NCBI RefSeq assembly: GCF_000025945.1
Contig: NC_006138.1
Coordinates: 3,180,001-3,212,000, forward strand
Origin: Desulfotalea psychrophila LSv54
Lineage (GTDB): Bacteria > Desulfobacterota > Desulfobulbia > Desulfobulbales > Desulfocapsaceae
Length of the DNA stretch: 32,000 nt
Direction: 5' to 3'
Below are positions 18,176 to 28,794 of this stretch, piece by piece; position 1 is the first letter of the stretch, and every line of letters begins with the position of its first letter. Position numbers and translations under genes: made by a program. The notes beneath the pieces were generated by a model. That model was not told the origin of the DNA. It did not search any database and worked only from the letters and a program-made list of their open reading frames with translations.

Positions 18176-21100
18176 TGAGTACCGAGCCAAATAAAAGCCG
18201 CGGCGTGATATCATGGATGGTACATAACAGAGTTACCCCCAATCTCCTGATGCTCGTTCTCCTTATTGGTGGCTTTTTTGTCGCCAACAGAATCAAACAG
18301 GAGGTTTTTCCCGAATTCGTCCTCGATATTGTTTCCATCTCTGTTCCCTACCCGGGGGCCAGCCCGGCTGAGATAGAAAAGGGCATAATCCTGGCCATCG
18401 AAGAAAACATCCAAGGTCTTGATGGCATCAAGGAGTACAACTCCACTGCGGCAGAGGGTATTGCTCAGGTGAGCATAGAGCTGACAACAGGAGCCAAACG
18501 CCAACAGGTATTCCAGGACATCAAGCAAGAAATTGACAATATTACCACCTTCCCAGAAGATGCAGAAGAACCAAGGGTTTCACTCGTTGCCATTAAAATG
18601 GATGTTCTGCAGATCACCCTCTTTGGTAATGCAAGCGAGCACTCTCTCCGAGAACTTGCCGAATTCACCAGGGACAAACTCCTGCAGACCCCAGGTATTA
18701 GTCAGGTAGAAATTGTCGGTAATCGGGACTTTGAGGTATCCGTTGAGATAAGCCAAGGGACACTCCGTAACTATGGCCTCACCCTGGGAGATGTTGCCAC
18801 CCGAATAAAAGAGGCCTCGGTGGAACTCCCGGGCGGCAAGATCAAAACCACAGGTGGAGAAATTCTCCTCAGAATTAAGGATCGCCGCGACTGGGCCTCA
18901 GAGTTCAGCAAAATCCCCATTATCACCACGGCTACGGGCAGCATCGTCTATCTGGAGGATATCGCCCAGGTCAGAGAGGCATTTGAAGATACCGACAAAA
19001 CCACCACATATAATGGAGAGCCCTCCATTGCCCTGGCCATTGCCAGGATCGGCAAAGAAACACCCATTGGGGTGGCAGAGGCGGCCCGCAATGCCATGGT
19101 GGAGATAGAATCACACTATCCAGCCTCAATACAGTGGGCGACCGGTAAAGATCGCTCTCTCATATACCAGCAGCGCCTCCAGTTGCTCCTCAAAAACGCC
19201 CTGATGGGTCTTGTTCTCGTCCTCGTTCTGCTCGGCACCTTTCTTGAGTTCCGTCTGGCCTTCTGGGTAACCATGGGCATCCCCATCTCCTTCCTCGGCG
19301 GCCTGCTCTTTCTCCCCGTCTTTGGGGTTTCGATAAATATGATCTCCATGTTTGCCTTTATCGTCGCACTCGGGATAGTGGTCGATGATGCAATTGTGGC
19401 AGGTGAAAATATTTATGAATATCGACAAAAGGGTTTGCCCTTTATCGAGGCAGCCATCAAGGGGGCACAGGATGTGGCCATCCCCATTGCCTTTGCCATC
19501 CTGACAAATATTGTTGCCTTTGCCCCACTGCTCTTCATCCCGGGGACAATGGGGAAAATTTGGGGGGTCATCCCCACCGTTGTTATCACCGTATTTGTCA
19601 TCTCCTGGGTCGAAGCGCTGCTAATACTGCCAAGCCACCTTGCCCACGGCAACCCTAAGAAGGCGCAGGGCATATTACGGGTTATCGGACACCACCAACG
19701 TTTTTTTTCCCGCCTACTCGAACTCTTTATCAGTCGCATCTACACCCCCAGCCTCGATTTCTGCCTGCACCGTCGAGGCCTGACCCTGGCCCTTGGCATA
19801 GCCATCCTCATCCTCTCCATTGGTTATATTAAGGGAGGAAGAATCAATATGATCCTCATGCCGAGGGTTGAGTCTAACCGCGCCGTAGTAACGGCCACCT
19901 TCCCCCTAGGCACCCCCGCAGGAGAGGTGGAAAAAACTCGTCAGCTCCTGGAAGATGCCATTGCCAGGGTAGCAAAAAAACACGGCGGCAAACAGCTGGT
20001 AGAGGGCGTCTTTGCCAAGATCATCGAAAATACCCTGAGCATAGATGCCTATCTCTCCCCCCCCGGTATCCGCCCCCTCTCCACCAAAGAGGTCACCAAA
20101 CAGTGGCGTAATGAGGCAGGAAGATTAGTCGGCCTACAATCAATTATCTATGAAGCAGATCGTGGCGGCCCCGGCAGGGGAGCAGCCCTGGAAATAGAGC
20201 TGAGCCATCGTGATATCGAGGTTCTTGACAGGGCAAGCGCAGACCTTGCTGCAGGCATTGAAACATTTGCCAGCAGTACCGATGTTAATCAGGGTTTTGC
20301 CCGAGGTAAGCAGCAGATAGACTTCCAAATCAATGCAGCGGGTAAGGCCCTGGGGCTAAGCGCAAGTACTGTCGGCAGACAACTGCGAGATAGCTTTCAA
20401 GGCGCCATAGCCCTGAAACAGCAACGCGGCAGAAATGAGATGAGGGTTCGGGTACGCCTGCCCGAAGAAGAGAGGCTAAGTGAATTCAATATTGACAATA
20501 TGATGGTTCACACCCCAAAAAACACATTTGTACCTCTTATGGAGATTGCAAATATTGAACGAGGTCGAGCCTATACTACAATTGACAGACGAGATGGGCG
20601 AAGAATCGTCACCGTCAGCGCCAATGTTGAACCCATCGGCCGGGTAAATCAAATTTCTGCTACCCTCAAGCAGACAATACTACCCCAGCTATTGGAAAAA
20701 TACCCTGGTTTGACCTATGATTTTGAGGGACGTGAAGCCGAACGAGCCGATTCAATGTCAAGCATTATCGCCGGATTCCTCTTCACCCTACTAGGCATCT
20801 ATGTCCTTTTAGCCATCCCATTTCGTAGCTACACCCAACCGCTGATAGTGATGTTCGCCATCCCCTTCGGCCTGGTGGGTGCACTGGCAGGACATATCAT
20901 CATGGGCTACAACATTAGCATTATCAGCCTGATGGGCATACTCGCCCTCTCAGGAGTTATCGTCAATGACTCACTTATCCTCGTTGATTACGCCAACAAG
21001 AAAATGGCTGCAGGGGACAGCCCCCTAGAAGCCATACGCAGGGCAGGTCAGAGACGCTTTCGCCCCATCATGCTCACAACCCTGACCACCTTCGGCGGCC

Positions 21101-21303
21101 TTGCCCCCATGATATTTGAAACATCCCGCCAGGCACGTTTTATGATTCCCATGGCCATCTCTTTGGGCTTTGGTATTCTTTTCGTAACAGCCATTGCCCT
21201 ATGGCTGGTTCCCTGCTTTTTCATGTTAATCGAAGATGGCAGGGCACTCTCAGCCAAGATATTCGGGCCAAAACCAAAAAAGATCTCATCTGAGATGGAA
21301 TAA
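18175..21303 (+). CDS. RND efflux transporter permease, HAE1/AcrB-like
   Basis: 1042 aa; FPEFVLDIVSISVPYPGASPAEIEKGI, KTPGISQVEIVG, FVIALGIVVDDAIVAGENIY, GVIVNDSLILVDYAN; ATG overlaps the adaptor stop (taatga). Confidence 0.95.
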   Translation: MSTEPNKSRGVISWMVHNRVTPNLLMLVLLIGGFFVANRIKQEVFPEFVLDIVSISVPYPGASPAEIEKGIILAIEENIQGLDGIKEYNSTAAEGIAQVSIELTTGAKRQQVFQDIKQEIDNITTFPEDAEEPRVSLVAIKMDVLQITLFGNASEHSLRELAEFTRDKLLQTPGISQVEIVGNRDFEVSVEISQGTLRNYGLTLGDVATRIKEASVELPGGKIKTTGGEILLRIKDRRDWASEFSKIPIITTATGSIVYLEDIAQVREAFEDTDKTTTYNGEPSIALAIARIGKETPIGVAEAARNAMVEIESHYPASIQWATGKDRSLIYQQRLQLLLKNALMGLVLVLVLLGTFLEFRLAFWVTMGIPISFLGGLLFLPVFGVSINMISMFAFIVALGIVVDDAIVAGENIYEYRQKGLPFIEAAIKGAQDVAIPIAFAILTNIVAFAPLLFIPGTMGKIWGVIPTVVITVFVISWVEALLILPSHLAHGNPKKAQGILRVIGHHQRFFSRLLELFISRIYTPSLDFCLHRRGLTLALGIAILILSIGYIKGGRINMILMPRVESNRAVVTATFPLGTPAGEVEKTRQLLEDAIARVAKKHGGKQLVEGVFAKIIENTLSIDAYLSPPGIRPLSTKEVTKQWRNEAGRLVGLQSIIYEADRGGPGRGAALEIELSHRDIEVLDRASADLAAGIETFASSTDVNQGFARGKQQIDFQINAAGKALGLSASTVGRQLRDSFQGAIALKQQRGRNEMRVRVRLPEEERLSEFNIDNMMVHTPKNTFVPLMEIANIERGRAYTTIDRRDGRRIVTVSANVEPIGRVNQISATLKQTILPQLLEKYPGLTYDFEGREAERADSMSSIIAGFLFTLLGIYVLLAIPFRSYTQPLIVMFAIPFGLVGALAGHIIMGYNISIISLMGILALSGVIVNDSLILVDYANKKMAAGDSPLEAIRRAGQRRFRPIMLTTLTTFGGLAPMIFETSRQARFMIPMAISLGFGILFVTAIALWLVPCFFMLIEDGRALSAKIFGPKPKKISSEME

Positions 21304-21484
21304 GAGCTCGCTTGAAAATTGACACGTTCAATAATGGCGAGGTCCTGACTACGAGGCATATGATATGTACCACTGACTCTAAAAGCGGAGTCTGCACTTA
21401 CCTGCGAGGATATTTTTTATTAAATTGAAATAAAAAAAGGACATTTTCAAGGCTCCCCACAGATATGTAAGGAGGGTACATTCA

Positions 21485-22696
21485 ATGCCAGGCAGAACTC
21501 TTATTACCCTATTACTCTCTATTTTTATCGCCCTGCTCGGCATAGGGATTATTGTCCCCGTCATGCCCATCTATGCAGAGACTCTGGGCGCCGGTGGCTT
21601 TGCTCTGGGGATGATTATTGCCTCATTTTCGGTAAGCAGATGCATCCTCCAGCCAATCATAGGCAACCTCTCCGATAGCCTGGGACGAAAGAGATTTCTT
21701 ATTGCCGGGCTTCTTATCTACGCCCTTGTCGGCCTGCTTATCCCCGAAGCAGAAAGTATCCAAAGCCTGATATTCATCCGCCTCCTCCACGGAATGGGTT
21801 CAGCCATGATTGTCCCCATCGCCATGGCCTATGTGAGTCAAATGGCTCCTTACGGCCATGAGGGCAGATATATGAGTTTTCTTAATATAGCTATTTTTTC
21901 TGGAATGGGCTGCGGACCAATCATCGGCGGTATATTCTTTGATACCCTCGGTTTTAAAGCAGTTTTTTATATGATGGCTGCCATGAGCTTTCTGGCTGCC
22001 ATTCTCATCACCGCTAATCTCCCAAACAGAGAAGAAACTAAGAGCATAAAACTACAGGCAAGCCTCCTCTCTTCAATGAAAAGAATGGTCGCAAATAGAC
22101 ACACTCGGGGTGTCCTTATTACCCGCTACGCAACCATGACAGCCCTAGTCCCCTCCATGGCCTTTTTACCATTTATCATGACAGAATCAGGATACAGTAG
22201 CGGCACCTTGGTGGGTTTGGTCATTGCCTGTCGTACCCTGGTCAATGCCGCCCTGCAGTTTCCCTGTGGTAAACTGGCAGACAGGTACAATAAACTTACC
22301 CTGCTTTTTATTGGGGTATGGGTAATGGTCATTGCCACCAGCCTCATTCCCGAGGCTGAGAAGATCACCAGCTTTTTTCTCATCTACGCTTTACTTGGCT
22401 GTGGGGAGGCAATCGTCTGGCCGACCCTTGCCGCCTACGCCTCTCTGGATGGACGAGAAAACTATGGGCATGGGACGATGATGGGCGTTTTCAACCTGGC
22501 CATGAGTGGAGGGGTGTTCACCGGTGCCCTCCTAGCCGGCTACAGCATGGACAGCATTGGCCTCCGTTGGGCCTTTTATATTCCGGCCATTACCATCGCA
22601 ACCATTGCAAGCCTTGGCATGGCCCTCATCTACAGGGCAGAGAGACAAAGAAGCGAAGCCCTTATCAGCACACAAGGAGACAAGGTTCACAAATAG
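21485..22696 (+). CDS. Major facilitator superfamily transporter
   Basis: 403 aa; GIGIIVPVMPIYAETLGAG, GNLSDSLGRKRFLIAGLLIY; RBS AAGGAGGG upstream. Confidence 0.92.
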   Translation: MPGRTLITLLLSIFIALLGIGIIVPVMPIYAETLGAGGFALGMIIASFSVSRCILQPIIGNLSDSLGRKRFLIAGLLIYALVGLLIPEAESIQSLIFIRLLHGMGSAMIVPIAMAYVSQMAPYGHEGRYMSFLNIAIFSGMGCGPIIGGIFFDTLGFKAVFYMMAAMSFLAAILITANLPNREETKSIKLQASLLSSMKRMVANRHTRGVLITRYATMTALVPSMAFLPFIMTESGYSSGTLVGLVIACRTLVNAALQFPCGKLADRYNKLTLLFIGVWVMVIATSLIPEAEKITSFFLIYALLGCGEAIVWPTLAAYASLDGRENYGHGTMMGVFNLAMSGGVFTGALLAGYSMDSIGLRWAFYIPAITIATIASLGMALIYRAERQRSEALISTQGDKVHK

Positions 22697-22748
22697 GTTC
22701 TACAGGAAAAATGGAGAAAGAGAAGGAGAAAGAGAGAAAGGAGGATGG

Positions 22749-23543
22749 CTATTTTCTTGACAGATCCCTACTCGACGCCCCTGAATAGCTGCACCAAACG
22801 CCATCTTCCAGGAGCTGATAGGGCCTAAACGTATCCTTATAGTTCATGGCCTGCACATCTCTGATATAGAAGCCCAGATAGAGATAGATAATCCCCCGCT
22901 CTCGGCAAAAATCAATCAAACGCAGGACATTATAGGTGCCCAGACCACGGCCACTCTCCTCAGGATCAAAGAAAAAATAGACGGCATTCAGCCAGTGCTC
23001 TCCATGGTCGACAATGGCATTACCCAACAGACGCCCACCCTGACGAAACTCTAGCTGCTCCGTATGGGTCAGGCCATTTTCGAAGAAATCGGCATAGTAC
23101 CTTTCGGCACTATTATCTGAAGGGTATCGATTCTGTAAAAACCGATCACAGAGATCAAGGTGCTCCTGACTCCGTACCAGAGGAAGAAAGGAGGCAGCTA
23201 TATCATCGTTCTTTTTTCTATTTCTCTTTTGACTCCTGCTCGGAGAAAATTGCTCTACCTGAAGACGAATAGGCTGGCAGGCCGTACAGTGAGGACAGCG
23301 CATGGTATAGAGGCAGTTGCCGTTACGACGATAGCCTGCAGCCAAAAAGAGGCCGACAACATGCTCCTCCAAAGGGGCAAAAAAAGCCTGATGGAAAACT
23401 GCCTGCTGGGGCAGCCCATAGGGACAATCGGTCTCTACATCAACAAAAACTTGTTCCAGCTTTTCCTCGATACAAGAGAACTCTTCGGCTGCCCAAAGAT
23501 CATAGGCAGACAGGGTTCCATTCAGACTTTTTTCTCTATTCAT
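22749..23543 (-). CDS. bpt: Aspartate/glutamate leucyl-/arginyl-tRNA-protein transferase (Bpt/Ate family)
   Basis: CPYGLPQQAVFHQAFF, YTMRCPHCTACQPIRLQVEQFSPSRSQKRNRKKN, NAVYFFFDPEESGRGLGTYNVLRLIDFCRERGIIYLYLGFYI. Confidence 0.92.
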   Translation of the reverse strand: MNREKSLNGTLSAYDLWAAEEFSCIEEKLEQVFVDVETDCPYGLPQQAVFHQAFFAPLEEHVVGLFLAAGYRRNGNCLYTMRCPHCTACQPIRLQVEQFSPSRSQKRNRKKNDDIAASFLPLVRSQEHLDLCDRFLQNRYPSDNSAERYYADFFENGLTHTEQLEFRQGGRLLGNAIVDHGEHWLNAVYFFFDPEESGRGLGTYNVLRLIDFCRERGIIYLYLGFYIRDVQAMNYKDTFRPYQLLEDGVWCSYSGASSRDLSRK

Positions 23544-23659
23544 AATAAATTATATCCGCTTCCCGGCAAGAAAATATGCCTGCTACTCACATTGCCTCAA
23601 AACCTCTCCTGCAACAAAAACAAATAAATTTTGCCCTGGAATATTTTGCAAATTTCTCT

Positions 23660-25018
<1,359 letters not shown>

Positions 25019-25062
25019 TTAGGCTAAATTTTTTATTTCACTGTAGTAAACACTCTCTACCC

Positions 25063-25086
25063 TCAGTCAGACAGAAATCTGACTGA
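25063..25086. other. 9-bp inverted repeat in intergenic region between the PEP/pyruvate-binding gene and gdhA
   Basis: TCAGTCAGA(25063-25071) cagaaa TCTGACTGA(25078-25086). No clear T-tract on the minus strand. Confidence 0.5.
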
Positions 25087-25136
25087 CAATCTCCACCTCC
25101 TGTCGACTTCTCAATAGATGGATTAGAGATATCATA

Positions 25137-28109
25137 TCAACCACATAAGCCCTTATTTTGCACTGAAATAACGCCTTCGCCTTTTTTTCCATCACATTTC
25201 ACAACAAAAGCCTGTGATAATCGCACATGACGGACATAATCACCCGATTCAACCACATTTTGCTGACGAAGCCACTGCCAATCAATATAGTCTTTACCCC
25301 GTCCCTTATCAGCGCCAAGCTCATTCACCGTAATATAGGGAATACCAAGAGACGTTATATTCTGAAAAAAATGTGAGCCCTGCGATGGTTCTGCCCGAAT
25401 AGAACTATTTTGTACCTCAACAATGGCACCAACGCCTGCTATATCTCGCCACTGCACAGGAATACCAAGCCATGGATCCGCCGTTCCCCAACGACCTGGA
25501 CCAATAAGTAAAAATGAGCAGTCACGACAGGAAATTTTTCTAGCAAGTTTGCCAACTTCAGAGGCTATCTGCTGGGTCTTACTTGAATCAAAGAGATTGG
25601 GGTCAACAAATAAAATATCAACCATACCTTCAATCTTGCCATGTCCCAACACTTGACTAGAGGCACAAAAGGCATTTGCATAATCGTCTTCACAGAGCGA
25701 TACCTCACCATACTCTCCACCGGCAATCATCGGTCGTATTTGCAACAGGTAGAAGGTACTTCGACTTAAATCTTCGGACAAGGTCACGACAAACTCAATT
25801 TCCACCTCACAGCCCATTGCAGTCTTGCCAATATGCAATAACTCCTGCAGGGTCTGAGCGAGAGGATAGTTAGAATATTTAAGGAAATGGGCAAAGGTCA
25901 TCACCTTTACTCCGGGTAGACAAGCATCACGAATCCGATGCTCGTCGGCAATATAGGTTGAGGCAAGAACCATGACAGGAGACTCATGCTCCGCCTCCTG
26001 TATTTCACGCAGGACAAGATTAGAATGCTCCAGACGCAGACACGAATTTTCCTGCATGGAGAGGGCATAAAATTGACGCTGACTATTGGCAAGAATATCC
26101 TCCACCGAAGAAAACTGAACCAACTTCTTAGGGTGGGCGGGAGAAAACAAAAGAGACCTACCACCCTCTACCACCATCTTACCAAGACCGAGGGCAATAT
26201 GAGCGACACCATCTGCAGCAGCCATATTCATTATGGGATAGTAGTTATGAGATTGAGCAACTCCAGAAACAGAGGGATACCAAAAGCCATTATGCTCATG
26301 CCCCACCAACTGCTGAATAATTACCGCCATGGAATCTCCACGCCCCTGAATAGAGTCCTTGGAGAACTCCCTCGGCCCTTCAAACCAGGTGGAGGCATAG
26401 ACCAGCTTGATCGCCGATTCCAGTTGACTCAGCCGCTCTTCAAAATCACTATGATTATTGGGCAGAAAATAGGTGGAGAAGAGACCTGCGTAAGGCTTAA
26501 ACTGGGCATCTTCGAGCAAACTGGACGATCTTACAGAAAGAGGGAGATCCCATTTTTTCAAAAAGGCACGCAGATCCCCCTTCAACCAGCCGGGCAGTTC
26601 GGCATCTAAAAAGAGCCCCACCACCTTGTCATCTCCCATATTTTTGGCAAACTGTAGTTTATTCTCAGTGATGAAGGTGTCAAAACCATCCGCTGCTATC
26701 ACACAGGTTTTCGGCATGGTGACTTTCTCTGAAGAAAGAAGATCTGTTTTCGCCCCCTGCAGACAGGCCCACATAAAGGCCATCCCCCTAGCCTTTCCTC
26801 CCATCGACCCCTTGCCAATCTTAACAAAATCCAACATATTGGGGTCATAGTTCCTGCGGGAGAAGTTCACCACAACCCCTCGCTGGCGCAGACGGCGAAG
26901 ACGAAAAACCCTGGCTATTAATTCCTCACGTATTTGACCGAGATCACCCATGGACTGAAAGCAATCCCGGTGCAGATCACGGGCAAGAACCACCTCTGTC
27001 CTGGCCATAACCCAGTTAGAAAAATGGTTACTGAGGAGGTGATAGCAGAGAGACTCGTCGGGGACCACCTTTAAACAATTCTGAAATTCGCCCAAAGTTG
27101 TAGCACGGCAAACAGTATCTCCATTTTCCAACTGAAAAACAAAATCACCAAAACCCAAATAGCGAAGAAAGAAATTATGCACTCTCTCTGCCGTTGCAGG
27201 TGAATTTTTATTAATAAAAACAGCACCTAGATCCGTGGCTACAGCCCTATTCCTCTCCTCCGAAGAGACCATCAAGAGCGATACATCAGGAGCCTGGATA
27301 GAAACATGAGAGAGAAAGGCCCCACCTGCATTTGAATTAACCTCTCCCCCCTTCATAAAGCGTGCATCCGAGATTACCCCAAACACATAGGGCTGATATT
27401 TTTCAAAGAGTTCAAGGGCCTCCTCATAGCTTTTTGCCAGCAGAATTCGAGGTCGGGCCCGCATACGCAGTATGCGATGCCGCTCATTGAGGCTCTCATC
27501 CAATACTGACTGAGTCTGGCCAACAAGCTCTTGGTATATCAGTGGCAAAAACCGGGAACGGTATGTAGGAGAATCTTCCACATAGATGATAACCCGAACC
27601 ATGGCACTCTTGGTATCGGCACTTACATTAAAAAAATCCTCTACGCATTTTATTATGGCGAGAAACAGATCAGCCTCACAGCACCAAAGAAAAGCACCGT
27701 CAATACCATGGCTGTACTCCTCATCAGGGGGAAGGGTTGCCCGCACATTATGGGCAACAAGGACGACGGGTATTAATGGTCGGATCTCCTTTATCTTACA
27801 ACCCAGCTCAAAGCCATTCATTCCCTGCAGATAAGGCATCGTTATAACAAGATCATAGCGCCTGGCAGCAACCAGTTCAAAGGCCTCTTCCGGACTTGAT
27901 GCCCTGGTAATCTTTGGGGGCTTGCTCAAATTAAGCCCTTTATACTCCTCGATAAGGCGAGTCGTCAGACTTCCATCCTCCTCAAGGATAAAAGCGTCAT
28001 AGAGACTTGAGACAAGAAGAATTTCCTGCACCTTAAAGGGCATCAAATCATGAAACACCTTAAAGTGAGGGTCAAAAGCAGGTATCATCTTACTGGGATC
28101 AATGCCCAT
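25137..28109 (-). CDS. Receiver-like x2 plus PEP/pyruvate-binding domain protein
   Basis: 990 aa; N-terminal REC-like folds (YDLVITMPYLQGMNGFEL; IIYVEDSP...GVISDARF...VFINKNSP), then GKGSMGGKARGMAF, LPLSVRSSSLLEDAQFKPYAGLFSTYFLPN, typical of PPDK N-terminal / PEP synthase ATP-grasp. Strong RBS GGGAGG. Confidence 0.85.
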   Translation of the reverse strand: MGIDPSKMIPAFDPHFKVFHDLMPFKVQEILLVSSLYDAFILEEDGSLTTRLIEEYKGLNLSKPPKITRASSPEEAFELVAARRYDLVITMPYLQGMNGFELGCKIKEIRPLIPVVLVAHNVRATLPPDEEYSHGIDGAFLWCCEADLFLAIIKCVEDFFNVSADTKSAMVRVIIYVEDSPTYRSRFLPLIYQELVGQTQSVLDESLNERHRILRMRARPRILLAKSYEEALELFEKYQPYVFGVISDARFMKGGEVNSNAGGAFLSHVSIQAPDVSLLMVSSEERNRAVATDLGAVFINKNSPATAERVHNFFLRYLGFGDFVFQLENGDTVCRATTLGEFQNCLKVVPDESLCYHLLSNHFSNWVMARTEVVLARDLHRDCFQSMGDLGQIREELIARVFRLRRLRQRGVVVNFSRRNYDPNMLDFVKIGKGSMGGKARGMAFMWACLQGAKTDLLSSEKVTMPKTCVIAADGFDTFITENKLQFAKNMGDDKVVGLFLDAELPGWLKGDLRAFLKKWDLPLSVRSSSLLEDAQFKPYAGLFSTYFLPNNHSDFEERLSQLESAIKLVYASTWFEGPREFSKDSIQGRGDSMAVIIQQLVGHEHNGFWYPSVSGVAQSHNYYPIMNMAAADGVAHIALGLGKMVVEGGRSLLFSPAHPKKLVQFSSVEDILANSQRQFYALSMQENSCLRLEHSNLVLREIQEAEHESPVMVLASTYIADEHRIRDACLPGVKVMTFAHFLKYSNYPLAQTLQELLHIGKTAMGCEVEIEFVVTLSEDLSRSTFYLLQIRPMIAGGEYGEVSLCEDDYANAFCASSQVLGHGKIEGMVDILFVDPNLFDSSKTQQIASEVGKLARKISCRDCSFLLIGPGRWGTADPWLGIPVQWRDIAGVGAIVEVQNSSIRAEPSQGSHFFQNITSLGIPYITVNELGADKGRGKDYIDWQWLRQQNVVESGDYVRHVRLSQAFVVKCDGKKGEGVISVQNKGLCG

Positions 28110-28267
28110 ACTATCCTCCCACAGAATGTTTATTGAAAAAATAAGATCTTATTTAAACTCTTTATAGCCAATTTTAATCAATCTATCCTATGCAATATTC
28201 CTCAACACACTGTTTATGCGATATCTTTCAACAAAACCCATCTAACAAACGGAACATATTGATAAAT

Positions 28268-28296
28268 TTGACAAAAATATTCCTGTAAGATACAAA
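28268..28296 (+). promoter_or_regulatory. Candidate sigma70-type promoter for HTH gene
   Basis: TTGACA (28268-28273), 17-nt spacer, TACAAA (28291-28296) in an AT-rich intergenic stretch; pattern only. Confidence 0.35.
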
Positions 28297-28403
28297 TAAT
28301 TTAAGATATATTTTTAATGAACATTTCCTAATCCTTACTAAATATAATTAGATATAACTTTTACTTATAAATGATTATATTTTACAGCCAAAGAGACAGA
28401 TGT

Positions 28404-28790
28404 ATGGAAAGCAAAAATTTCTTAGATTTCCGGAAGAGATTAGGCAGGACCCAAAAAGAACTTGCCGCTCTCCTCGGCGTCTCCCTCGGGGCGGTAAGTA
28501 GCTACGAGCAGAACACACGAGCAGTTCCGCCCCATATAGAGCGGCATATTCTCTATCTTATCAGCCTGAAACAGCACCCCAACGCTCCCTTTGAAAAGTG
28601 CTGGAAGATGCTTTCCTGCCCCAAGGAACAAAGAGAACACTGTCCTGCCTGGGAATTTAAATCGGGAACCCAATGTTGGCTTATTAATGGCACCATCTGC
28701 CATGGCCATAAGCAAAAAACATGGCGGGAAAAGATAGAGATCTGCTATAATTGCGAGGTATTACAACGGGTGCTGCGGAAAACAGAGTAA
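28404..28790 (+). CDS. HTH (XRE-like) regulator with C-terminal two-CW-type cysteine domain
   Basis: FRKRLGRTQKELAALLGVSLGAVSSYEQNTRAVPPHIERHILYL followed by CWKMLSCPKEQREHCPAWEF...CWLINGTICHG...CYNC. ATG at 28404 preferred to 28371. Confidence 0.87.
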   Translation: MESKNFLDFRKRLGRTQKELAALLGVSLGAVSSYEQNTRAVPPHIERHILYLISLKQHPNAPFEKCWKMLSCPKEQREHCPAWEFKSGTQCWLINGTICHGHKQKTWREKIEICYNCEVLQRVLRKTE

Positions 28791-28794
28791 GCTC

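Noticed and set aside
25986-26609. 207-aa plus-strand ORF
   Set aside because: Antisense to the PEP/pyruvate-binding coding region; no family pattern.
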